Of a DNA stretch of 64,000 nucleotides, positions 28,912 through 41,202 are shown piece after piece; the first letter of the stretch is position 1; each line of letters opens with the position of its first letter. The notes beneath the pieces were generated by a model, which did not search any database, was not told the origin of the DNA, and was given only the letters and a program-made list of their open reading frames with translations. Source of the stretch: Dictyostelium discoideum (lineage: Eukaryota); assembly GCA_000004695.1 (NCBI GenBank), contig CM000152.2, forward strand, positions 4,512,001 through 4,576,000, in the 5' to 3' direction. The translations under genes and the position numbers were made by a program.

Positions 28912-31356
28912 TTAATATCTTCTATTTAAAGTAGTTTCAACTTCACATGGTTTAATATCCCAAATTTGTTCAGCATATTCATTCATAGCTCTATCAGAAG
29001 AGAAGAAATAAGTTGAAGCACTGTTAATGATTGATTTTTTAACCCAAGCACTTTGATCTTTCCATAATTCATCAACTGAAGCTTGAGAGTCAAGGTAGAG
29101 TGGGAAATCTTGAATGCTTAAGTAGAAATCACTAAAGATTAAAGAGTCCAAGATTGGTCTGAAAACATCTGGTGGACCAAATGTACCTAATTCAATATTA
29201 AGGAATACCTCTTGAAGACGTGGGTCAATGTTGACTTCTTTGTTTGTCATTTTTTCACGAGCAGCTTCAACTTCACTTGTACGTAAACCAAAGATAAACA
29301 TATTCTCTTGACCAACTTCTTCGGCGATTTCAACATTTGCACCATCCAAAGTACCAATGATTAAACTACCATTCATAGTGAATTTCATGTTACTAGTACC
29401 AGAGGCTTCGGTACCAGCGGTTGAAATTTGTTGATTGATATCAGAGGCTGGAACGATGACTTGAGCGATTGAAACGTTGTAATTTGCAATGAAAACAACC
29501 TTGAGGTATTGATCGACCTCTTTATCACGGTTGATAACCTCGGCAACAGAGTTGATTAATTTGATATGTCTTTTAGCCATAACATAACCTGGGGCAGCTT
29601 TACCGGCGAAAATTACAACACGTGGTACAACTTGAGCTCTATCTTTTGGAGACATCTTTTTAATGGAAAGATAACGATAGATGACAGAGAGAATATTTAA
29701 TAATTGTCTCTTGTATTCGTGAATTCTCTTGATATGAACATCAAAGAGAGCGTTTGGATTAACATGAATACCACAATGTTTAAGGATGAATTCAGCTAAA
29801 CGTTGTTTATTGCCTTGTTTAACGTATTTCCATTCAGCGATTAACTCTGGATTATCCATATGTTCCTTGATACCTTTGACCAATTCTAAATTGGTTGTCC
29901 ATTTATCGGTACCTAACCATTTGGTGAAGATAGCGGATAAACCTGGGTTAGCTTGTTCAATCCAACGTCTTGGAGTGACACCATTGGTTTTGTTTTGGAA
30001 TTTCTCTGGCCAGAGACAAAAGAAATCTGGGAATACCTTATGTTTGACCAATTCAGAGTGCATAGCAGCGACACCATTTACACAATGTGAACCAACGATA
30101 GCGAGATGAGCCATTCTGACTCTCTTCTCTTCACCTTCTTGAATGATGGAGAGACCTCTCATTTTACCGATATCACCTGGCCATTTTTGAGTGACTTGAA
30201 TGAGGAAACGATGATTGATACCATAGATGAGTTGCATATGACGTGGAAGGAGATCTTCGATCAAACTAACTGGCCACATTTCCAAAGCTTCTGGAAGAAT
30301 GGTATGATTGGTGTAAGCAAAGGTTTTGGTAACGATATCCCAAGCCTCTTCCCATTGAAGACCTTCCTCATCGATGAGTTTTCTAAAGAGTTCAACTACA
30401 CCAATGGTTGGATGAGTATCATTCAATTGAATGGCTACTTTATTTGGGAAATCTTGCCAATTTTGATGAGATTTCTTGAAACGTCTAATGACATCACAAA
30501 GGGTGGCAGCAACAAAGAAGTATTGTTGTTTCAATCTTAATTCTTTACCAGAGTAGGTGTTATCATTTGGATAGAGGACCGATGTGATATTCTCTGATCT
30601 TTGTTTAGCTTCTACGGCAGATAAATAGTTACCACCATTGAATGCATCCAAATCAAACTCTTTATGTGGTTTGCTTGACCAAAGACGAATGTTATTGGTG
30701 TTGGTGGTATGATAGCCTGGTACTGGTGTATCGTAAGCGATTGCTTGTACCAATTCACCATGATCCCATTCAAATTTACTACCATCACTTGATTTCTTCT
30801 CTGTGACTTGACCATAGAAACGAACGGTGTATTGAACATCCAAACGTTCAATCTCCCATGGATTACCAGCTACCAACCAATAATCTGGTACCTCGGTTTG
30901 ATAACCATCATAGATACCTTGTTCAAACATACCATAATTATAACGAAGACCATAACCCCATGCTGGATACTTTAATGTTGCCAATGAATCCATGAAACAT
31001 GCAGCTAAACGACCCAAACCACCATTACCCAATGCAGCATCTTTCTCCTCTTCGTAGAGGTCTTCCATTTCAAAGCCCAACTCTAACAAGGCATTATGAT
31101 ATTCATCTTTGAGATTCATATTGTAAATTGCATTTTGTAATGATCTACCCATTAAAAATTCCATTGATAAATAGTAAACTCTCTTTGGATCTCTCTCTGT
31201 ATAGTATTGTTGTGTTTCATTCCATCTTTCAATTAAACGATCTCTAACACTATATGCTGATCCTTGATATGCTGAAAATGAATCAAAATTATATTTTGTT
31301 CTTGCTAATGTATATTCAACATGATCTAAAATATCTTTTTGAATTGAATCTTCATC

Positions 31357-31387
<31 letters not shown>

Positions 31388-31611
31388 TAAAAAAAAAAAA
31401 AGAAAAATAAAAAAAAAATAATAAAAATAAAAATTTTATAATATGTTAATATTTATTATAATTATTTAAATTATTATTATTATTAATAGTTACCATTTTT
31501 TAAGAAATCAGTTTTAAGAGCAAATAATTTACTACCCTTCTTCTTTTCAGTTGGTGGTACAACACCAGTTGTAGTTCTGGCAGTATGTTTCAATGGAATG
31601 GTTGTTGACAT
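28912..31611 (-). CDS. glpV: Glycogen phosphorylase, 853 aa. Two exons on the minus strand: 31611-31494 and 31355-28912.
   Basis: The 750-aa track ORF contains ...[10 protein letters not shown]... (pyridoxal-phosphate Lys site), ...GYGIRYE..., ...DVAAL...[10 protein letters not shown] and other signatures. It extends 5' in frame to an acceptor at 31355 (...[24 protein letters not shown]...[21 protein letters not shown]). Exon 1 ([39 protein letters not shown]) joins through a GTAACT donor. The total of 853 aa matches my recollection of Dictyostelium gp1 (glpV). Confidence 0.8.
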
Positions 31612-31729
31612 TGTTTTTTTTTATTTTATTTTAATGTTTCAAAAATTGAAATGAATAAATTTAAATTATTGAACAATTATTTATTTAAAAACAAGCGCAC
31701 TTGAATTATTAATTATATGGAAAAATGAA

Positions 31730-31765
<36 letters not shown>

Positions 31766-33445
31766 ACTTTATAAATAAAAAATTATAAAAAAAAAAAAGA
31801 AAACTATTATAATAATTAATAAAAGAAAATTATTAATATTAATAAAAATAATAAAATTTTTTATTTTTTTTATTTTTAATGATTTTAATTTGCAGGGTTT
31901 TTGATGAAAATAAAAATTAAAAATAATTAAAAAAAAATAATAAAAAAATAATAAAAAAAAACAATATTATAAACGCTAAATTATAAATTATATAAATATT
32001 TATTTTTTTTTATACATATGTATAAAATCTATCTAAAAAAAGAAAACAAAATAAAATAAAAAAAAATAAAAAAAATAAAAAAAAAATAAAAAAAAACCAC
32101 ACCACTTCAATTAAATTTGTATTGTTGTGGAAAACATAAATTTTTGCAGTAATCGTATAATGATTTTCTTTAAAAAAGTGTGTTTATGTAATATAATTTT
32201 TTTTTTTTTTTTTTTTTTTGTTTTTTGTTTTTATCTGTTGTTTGAATATAAAATTATATTTATAAAAGTGTAATTTATTTTAACAATATGATTGAAATTT
32301 TTTATAATTGTTATTATTATTATTATTATTTTTTTTTATTTTTTTTTTATTTTTTTTTTTTTATTTTTTTTGTTATCTTGCCTTTATTTTGATAATCCAC
32401 TATTGTCTACATGCTATGTCCTTTTTTTAAAATGATTTTTTTTTTTTTTCATAAAAAAAAAATCTCCACTTTTTTGTAATTAATCCAAATTATCTAATCT
32501 TTTTATGTTATTTGTTCTTTATTAATGTTGTGGTGATTGAAATTTATTTTTTTTTTTTTCTTTTTTTTTAAATTTTTTGTTTATTTATTTTTTTAAAAAA
32601 AAAAAATATAAAATAAAAATAAAATGTGATTTGATTTTGTATATATACAAACTTATATATACATATATTGAAACAAACAATATGTAGAAAATCCTTTTTA
32701 TTATATTATAAATAATAAAAAAAATAAAATAAAATAAAAAAATAAAAAAATAAAAAACAAATAATTAAAAAAATTATACCTTTTTTTTTTTTTTATTTTA
32801 TTTTTTGTTTTTTTTTTTTTTCTTTGAGTATTAAAAAATAAATTGATAGTATTTTTTTTTTTTTTTTTTTTTTTTCTAAAAAACTTTTTTTTTTTTTTTT
32901 TATTTATTTTTTTTTTTTTTTTTTTTTTTCGAGTCGGACTCCGGTTTAACAATAAAACTTTGTCATTTTTTAAAAAAAATTTTAAAATACTGGTGGTGAA
33001 AAACACTTTTTTTCAAACGAGTTTTTGTTTTTTTCAAAAACAATAGAAATTCATCTTTTGATCATCACCAAAAAAAAAAAAATTTTAAAAAAAAAAAAAT
33101 AAAAAAAAAAACAAAAAAAATAAAAATAAAAAAAAGATATTTTGAAAAAAAAAAAAAAAGTCAACTGTTTCATTTTTTTTTTTTTTTTCAAAATTTTGAA
33201 TTTTTTCAAAATTTTCCAATATTTTTTATTTCACTTAATCACTGTTTTGATTTTTTTTTTTTAATTATTTTATTTTAGTATTATTATTATTTTAATTATT
33301 ATTATTTTAATTATTATTTTAATTTTATATTGAATTGTTAATTTAATTTTATTTGTATTATTAATTTAATTTGGTTTATTTTATTTTATTTTATTTTATT
33401 TTTGTAAAGTTAAAAATAAAAAAAAAATAAAAAAAAAATAAAAAA

Positions 33446-34297
33446 ATGGAAATTTCGCCAACTAAAATTAAATCAGTTTTATTAAAATTAATCCAGATTT
33501 TATTTTTTACAATTTCAATTTCAATTTATATTGATTTAGTTGGTAATAGTAATAATAAAAATAATATTAATAATAATATAAATAATGAAGAATTATTATT
33601 AAATAAACAAATACAAATTTATTATTGGTTTGTTGGAATTATATTATTTTCAATTGCATGGAGTATTGGTACATTTAAATGGTTATCAAGATTCTTTTTA
33701 ACATTTTTCATAATTAAATCAATTCAACAATTAATTCAACATTTACCAATTGAGTTTTATGATAAACTTAGAAATTTAATAGTTTTTGGAACATTTTCAA
33801 AATTTGATTTCACAAGTACTGGCATAATCACTGAATCATTACCAACATTATATGATAACTTTTTTGGTGGAAACATTTCACCATTTTCAATTGAAATAAT
33901 TGGTATTCAATCTTGTTTAATCATTTTCTTTAGTACATTAGGTTTCAATATTTATTTAGCTGACAAATTTTGGTTAATTAAAACCATCATTGTAGATTGG
34001 ATAATCAGTGCTATACTTTTAATCATTTTCTCCATCACTGACCTATTAATGAACCAAAGTAATGTTTATTCCGTAATCTCCTATATCTTTGGTTCAAATG
34101 TCTTAGGTTTCGGTACCATCAAAATCCAAGAATTCCTTTGGAACCTTTCTTCAAAATATGATGATAAATTAAATTCAACAATAATAAAATCCACAAAATC
34201 AAATAATAACAATAATAACAATAATAATAATAAACAAGATGATAATATAATTTATGATACAGATTCCTCATTTAATGGACAATCATCTTCTTCCTCT

Positions 34298-34332
<35 letters not shown>

Positions 34333-34801
34333 AGCAACAACAACAACAACAACATTGGTTAATGATAATTCAATAATTTCAGAATATGTTACAGAGAAAA
34401 TTATGATTGAAGAAAATGGTGAAATTAAGGAGCAGGAAGTTCAAGTTGATAAATTAGATTATAGTAAATTAAATGAAGATCAATTGAATGCAATTTTAAG
34501 TGAACCAATTTTAGAAACCCAAATTACAACTAGAAATGTTTCATATCATAAATCAACGAGATTTATAAATAATTTAATTGCACCCGAAAATATTAATTCA
34601 AGAATTAGTGCAAAGGAATTTGTTGGCGTAATTATTTTATGGGTTTACACAATTTCAAATTTTATAATTTCAGATTATTCACTTTTAACAATTCCAAATA
34701 TTTTAGTTGTAGTTGGTTTCTCTGGTACAATTCTAACTTATTTATCAACAATTTCTGCTAAAAGATTAACAAATAAAAATCCTTCAAAAAGAGAATGTTA
34801 A
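33446..34801 (+). CDS. Hypothetical multi-pass membrane protein, 451 aa, with poly-Asn/poly-Ser low-complexity inserts.
   Basis: Single track ORF. Several hydrophobic segments of about 20 aa (e.g. IYYWFVGIILFSIAWSIG, CLIIFFSTLGFNIYL, IISAILLIIFSITDLL, VIILWVYTISNFIISDYSLLTIPNILVVVGFSG). No recognisable catalytic motif. Confidence 0.5.
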
Positions 34802-35455
34802 ATCTTTAAAAAAAAAAAAAAAAAAAAAAATGGTATTATATAAAAAGTAATAAAATAGATTTTTTATTTTTAAATCATAAAATATAATGGTGTTCATATT
34901 TTAATAATAGTTATTAGTACGCGTAAAAATCAATCAATTTATTTTTAGATATAATTAATATTTTTAATATAGGTTATATGTTTTTAATTTTTTAATTTTT
35001 TAATTTATTAAATATTTAGATATTTAGTAATAATAATAATAATAATTATAATAATAATAATAATTAAGAAAAAGGATAAAACACCAAAAAATATTGGGTT
35101 AATTTATTAATATATTTTTAAAAAAAAAATAACCCTCCCCCTCCCCCATCTTTTTTTAACCCCTTTTTCCTATTTCGACTAAATTTTTTTTTTTTTTATT
35201 TTAATTTTATTTTTTTTTTTTTTCGTGTTAAATAAAATTTAAAATGGTTCTATAAAAGTGTTAAAATTTTAATTTATAATTTAAAAAAAAAAAAAAAAAA
35301 TGTCTACAATAAAGAGATTGAGAAACCATTTAAAAAAGTAATTTTTAAATAAATATTATATTTTTTTAAAAAAAAAAACAATTAAGATAATAATATTTTT
35401 TTTTTTAAATTTAATATTAAATAATAATAAAAACAATAATAATAAAATTAAAATT

Positions 35456-35668
35456 ATGTTATGCTTTAATGATTTTAATTTTCCAAAGGAATGGGAAGTA
35501 GTACCAAATTCATTCAAATATATTGATATAGTAATAAAAGAAATAATTGGTTTTGGTTTAATCAAAGAAAATGATCAAGAATTAAAAATGATTGTAAATC
35601 AAGCCATTTCAATTGCTGCTTATTTTTGGCCATATGCAAATGAAGAACAAATGGTAATGGGAGGGTTA

Positions 35669-35715
<47 letters not shown>

Positions 35716-36845
35716 TAAATATTAAAAAAAAAATATAACAATAATAAATAAATAAAATAAAATAAAATTTTTTTTTTTTTTAAAAACTAATATTTTCGAA
35801 AATTATAATTATTACTATTATAGGTCAGTACTGTGTTGGTGTGTCTTATTTGATGATCCACTAGATACAAATAAATTAGATGAAAAAAAAGGTTTAGAAA
35901 TTGTTAGTAGAACAGAGAAATTACTTTTAACTAGAACTTTACCAAATAACCCCACAAATCTTGAAAAGTATGGATTTACAATTTTTGAAAAATGTTTAAA
36001 ATATTGTGGAACCAATACTCATATGTATGACATGTTAATTAAATTAACAGTTCAGTGGATTTATTCTATAATTCCATTCAATAAATTAAATGTAAGTAAT
36101 TTTTTTTTATTTTTTTTATTTTTAAATTAATAAAATAAAAAAAAAAAAATTAGAAATTAATATTAAAACTGTTAATTTTAAAATAGGAATCACCAGTTCA
36201 CCCAGAAACCCTAAAATATATAAGAAAAATAAATATTGGTATAGAATTCACTGTAAGTTTATTTATTAATTTTTTTTATATTTTATTTATTTAAGAAACG
36301 GTTTAGATTATTAATAATGCAATATTTTTATTAATTTTTATTAGCAATCAATATTTTATATAATAAATTCAAATAATAAAGTTGATTTGATAGTTTTGGC
36401 AAATCCTTTATATCAGAAATTGGTTGATTTAAGTTCATTAAATATTTCGTTTGTTAATGATGCAGCAAGTTTTTGTAAAGAAATAAAAGATGGCGGTAGT
36501 GATAATAATTTATTTATTATTTTAATGAAAAGATTAGGTGGTATTGAATTTATTAAAGAAGCATATAAACAATTAACAGATTTATCAAATGGATACATAG
36601 ATGAATTTTGTTATTATGAGAAATTATTACTTTCAAGTCTTTCAAAACAACAACAAAATGAAATTCAAATCTTTATTGACCACCTAAAATATTTAATGAA
36701 AGGAAATCAAATATGGTCAACCAAAACAATAAGATATGCAACGGAAGATCATCCAATTATTCAATTAAGAAATTCAACTAATAAATTAATTGAAAATAAT
36801 ATTAATATGGATAAAGTATCATTAACAAATAAAAACTATATTTAA
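35456..36845 (+). CDS. Microbial-type terpene synthase (TPS family), 347 aa. Four exons: 35456-35664, 35824-36091, 36187-36252 and 36345-36845.
   Basis: Contains an Asp-rich DDxxD motif (CVLFDDPLD) and, about 140 aa downstream, the NSE/DTE-type motif NDxxSxxxE ([10 protein letters not shown]). These are the two Mg-binding signatures of class I terpene cyclases, and the spacing is typical. Introns are GTTAGT/GTAAGT...AG with consistent phases (2, 0, 0). Confidence 0.65.
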
Positions 36846-36957
36846 TATATTTATATTATTATATTTAAAAAATAAATAATAAATAATTTTTGAAATTCAA
36901 AAAAACACACTGTTAATATGTTTTAAATTATCGACGTTATTAAAAATCATTATTTAT

Positions 36958-37339
36958 TTATTTTTTGGCAGCAGCTTTTTTGGCAGCTAATTTGGCTTTA
37001 GCAGCAGCGACGATGGTCTTTAATGGTTGTCTTGGGTTTTTGTGGGCTTTGACCTCTTGCATATCACCACGAACGTATCTTTTGATTTCAGTACCAATAC
37101 GAGCGTATCTTTGATTTCTGGCGAAACCTAATTCAACCTATTTTATGTATGTTATTTTATATTTTTTAATTTTAACATGATTAATACCTATACATCATAT
37201 CTATCTATAATAACCTGTTTCTTCTTTATCTACTTACACCTTTTGAGGAGGTCTTTTTGTGGACGACGGCTTTTTTAATACCGTTTCTGTGGTCCTTTCT
37301 GTTTTTGTGATGGGTTGAGTGATTCTTTGACTTGGCCAT
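36958..37339 (-). CDS. rpl29: 60S ribosomal protein eL29 (L29e), 93 aa. Two exons on the minus strand: 37339-37238 and 37137-36958.
   Basis: MAKSKNHSTHHKNRKDHRNGIKKAVVHKKTSSKG|VELGFARNQRYARIGTEIK...AAKKAAAKK aligns with eukaryotic eL29 (MAKSKNHTxHNQxRKxHRNGIKKP...SLKGVDPKFLRNxRFA...). GTAAGT donor and AG acceptor on the minus strand. Confidence 0.8.
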
Positions 37340-38104
37340 TTCTATTTTTTTTTTTTTTTTTTTTTTTGATAATGGGTATGTGATAATTGTATGTTAGTTT
37401 CAATCTTTAATCTTTAATCTTTAATCGTGTTATTGATTATTAATCAATCTTCTCCATTGATAATCATTAACTAATATTGGGTCTATTTGTCTCTTTATCT
37501 CTTCTCTCTTTCTATGTCTCATAGAAAGAAAAAGTGATTACGGATATACATATAAAATGTGACATACCTTTGTGGTGATAAAAAAACAATAAATTTGAAC
37601 AAAAAAAAAAAATTCGATAAAAAAAAAAATTTTATGCGGGCACTCGCTCAAAAAAAAAAAATTGGATTAATTTTTCGTGACTAAACGTTTTTCATTTTTC
37701 ATTTTTTCATTTTTTTTATTTTTTTTTTTTTTAATAAGATAATTTTTTTTTTTTTTTTTTTTTTTGGGAAGATAATTAAAATATTTTCCTTTTTATTATT
37801 ATTATTTTTATTATTATCATTATTGTTTTATTTTTATTATTATTATTATTGTTCCAAATATTAATATTTTTATTTATTATTATTTACTTATTTATTTAGT
37901 TAATTAATTTTAAAATTAATAAAAATTGGAATAATATTATTTCTATAATTTATTAATTTTTAAAAATTTACTATTGGTTTTTTTTTTTTTATTTAAATAT
38001 TTTTTTTTTCTATTGGTTTTTTTCTTTTTTTTTTTTTTTTTTTTCTTCTTTTTTTTTTTTTATTTTTTTTTTTTTATTTTTTTATTTTATTTAATTTTAA
38101 CAAA

Positions 38105-39239
38105 TTAATTTGAAGAACCAGATGATAATATTACACTTTTAATCGAGTCAACCCATTTTTGAGGATTATGAGCAACATCTTCTAAAAGATATTTTCTTTT
38201 TGGAGTTTTAATAACGAAATTATTGTTTGATTTTAATTTTGGTTTTATTGAATCGGACCATGGAATTTCGCCTTTAAGTTCCATTTTCTTTGGATCTATA
38301 TAAATTAATCTTGGTGTATCAGTTAAAATTAATTGTCTCTTTTTTATAGAGAAACCTTTACGTTTCCAAACTAAACCTTGATAAATGACATTTTCACCAT
38401 TATTTAACCATTTACTAATATTATTACTACTACTACCACCATCTCTACTACCGCCACTACTACCACTACGTTGAGTTGGTTGTTGAGATGATGACGATGA
38501 CGATGATCTTGGTGTTGATAAATTTCCATTACTAATATTAAGGTTATTACTACTATTACTATTACTATTACTATTACTAATATTATTGCTACTACTATTA
38601 TTATTATTATTTATATTATTTATATTATTATTATTATTATTATTATTATTACATGAATTTTGTTGATGATTTTCATCAACATTATTATTTCTTGGTGTTG
38701 TACAATCTAAAGATGGTGAAAATAATTCATCACCATCGAAAATGATTTTTTCTTGAGGTGGTTGAATTGGTGGTGGTGGGTGAGACATATTTGATAAAGA
38801 GGACCAATTGAAATCTTGAAAGAATGGATGTGCTTTTAGGTTATCAAAACCACCAGGTGTTGAACTTGAACCTAAACGATCAGTTGGTTTAATTACTAAT
38901 AGTTTTTCAACTAAATCTTTAATCACTGGATTCATATTGATTGGATAAACCAATTCTCTATTCGATACTTTTTGAAATGTTAAAAATTCAGTTTTACCAC
39001 GAAATGGCACTCTTCCACTTGCCATTTGATATATAATACACCCTAATGCCCATAAATCTGAATCAGTTGATGTCTCTTTATTACTAATTAATTCTGGTGA
39101 TACATATTCTGCTGTACCAACAAATGAATTATTTCTTGTTAATTTTGGTATTTCTGTTGTTTTTATATTATTTATATTTGCATTTATATTTGTATTTATA
39201 TTTGTATTTGTATTTGTATTTGTATTTGAACCTGCCGCT

Positions 39240-39289
<50 letters not shown>

Positions 39290-40331
39290 TGTTGTTGTTG
39301 TTGTTGGTTGTAAATTTGGTGATATCATTGAGTCTGTGGTACTTGCACTATCCACACTACTTGTTCTATTTTGTTGTTGTTGTGTTAAATCAGTACTAAC
39401 TGATAAATTATTTACATTATTTAATAAACTACTTAAATTACCAGAACTATTTGTTGGTAATTGTTGTTGTTGTTGCTGCTGTTGTTGTTGCTGTTGTGAT
39501 GATTGTGGTGGTGGTAAAATTTTACCAGTACCAAAATCAGTAATTTTAACATGTAAATCACTAGACATTAAAATATTTTCAGGTTTTAAATCTCTATGAA
39601 CAATACCTAATGAATGTAAATGCTCTAATCCACTTATAATTTCCGCTACATAATATTGACATGATCTATAATCAAATGATCCAACTTTTTTAATTTGATG
39701 TAATAAATCACCTTGTGAACATAATTCTAAAACATAATCTTTATAAAATAAAATAAAAATAAAAAAAAAAAAAATTAGTATTTTTTAATTCTTATATGAA
39801 CACATTAAGAATATAATTAAATTAATAATAAAAATGAAATTAATTTGATATTATTAATTAGCTAATTAATTAATTAATTAATTAATTAATTAATTAATTA
39901 ATTCTTACATAAACATTGTTCAGATCTAAAAGTAAAAAATAATTTTACAATATTTGGGTGATTTGATTTACAAAAGATTTCTTTTTCAATTTGTACATAT
40001 TTTATTTTATTTTCTTTAATGATTTGTTTCTTTTCTAATATCTTTATTGCGTATTGTTGTTGTGTTTCTTTTTCTGTGCCTAAAACCACTGCACCATAAG
40101 ATCCTTCTCCTAAAACTTTACCAATTATAAAATCTTCAATAGTTTTCTTTTTAGCTGATTGAATAGATGGTGATGATAATGATGGTGATGATAAAAATGG
40201 TGAAAGTGACATATTTAAATCAATTGCTGATGCTGTTGCAGTAGTGGTTGTTGTATTATTAGGAGGATCAGTTGATGATGATGGTACACCACCACCACCA
40301 CCACCACTCGTATTTGTAATAACAATATTTT

Positions 40332-40335
<4 letters not shown>
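38105..40335 (-). CDS. pdkA: 3-phosphoinositide-dependent protein kinase-1 (PDK1) homologue with a C-terminal PH domain, 686 aa. Two exons on the minus strand: 40335-39909 and 39738-38105.
   Basis: Exon 1 has GKVLGEGSYGAVVLG...YAIKIL (Gly loop/VAIK). Exon 2 has ...DYVLELCSQGDLL...HSLGIVHRDLKPENILMSSDLHVKITDFGTGK... (HRDLKPEN, DFG) followed by ...SPELI... Its C-terminus [45 protein letters not shown]...NPQKWVDSI parallels the PDK1 PH domain ([37 protein letters not shown]). The total of 686 aa matches my memory of PdkA rather than PdkB, which is longer. Intron GTAAGA...AG, phase 1. Confidence 0.75.
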
Positions 40336-40394
<59 letters not shown>

Positions 40395-40626
40395 CCTTCT
40401 TTACTTATTATTATTATTTGTAATTATTATTAATAATTTTGATTGTGACTTTAGGTGTGGTACTAAATTTTCGGTATATTATTAACAAAAATATAGAACA
40501 AAAAAAAAAAAAAAAAAATATAAAAAAAATAAAAATCCAAGTGTTGCGGAATCAAATCTTATGTGGTGTAATGATGGAAATTTTATTATAAAATTAATAT
40601 GGCTGGGTCAGTTATTCAGTTTCCTT

Positions 40627-40660
<34 letters not shown>

Positions 40661-41149
40661 AAAAAAAAAAATGATGGATGAGATGAATACAAATAACACA
40701 AGATAAAAACATTTAAAATTCATTATTATTTTTGAATTTATATAAATAAGTTTACTTATTTTTAAACCATACAAAATCAAACCACCATTTTTTATTTTTT
40801 TCAAATAATTTCAATTAATATTTTTATTTTTTTTTTTTTTTTTTATTTTCTTTTTTAAATAGACACCGAAATTTTAGCATTAAGGAATTTAAATTAAAAT
40901 TTCAATATTTATATCCATTAATGCTACCACTTTAATTTTTATTTTTTTATTTTTTTTTATTATTTTTTTTTTTTTATTTTTAATTTTTTTTCTTTTTCTT
41001 TTTCTTTTTCTTTTCACTTGTCTCTTATCTTTTTTTTTTTTTTTTTATTTTTTTAATTTTTTAATTTTTTATTTTTTTAATTTTTAATTTTTTAATATTG
41101 TCACCATCAATTAATGAAATAATAATAAAAATAAAAATAAAATATATTT

Positions 41150-41183
<34 letters not shown>

Positions 41184-41202
41184 TAATAATAATTATAATA
41201 AA

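Noticed and set aside
29786-30851. Plus-strand ORFs 29786-30109 and 30106-30540, and minus-strand ORF 30612-30851, inside glycogen phosphorylase.
   Set aside because: These are alternative-frame or antisense ORFs fully contained in a well-supported 853-aa conserved gene, and they carry no motifs of their own.
35290-35340. Possible extra 5' exon (ATGTCTACAATAAAGAGATTGAGAAACCATTTAAAAAAG followed by gtaattt) upstream of the terpene synthase.
   Set aside because: No acceptor AG gives an in-frame join to the 35456 exon. The ATG at 35456 starts a plausible TPS N-terminus.
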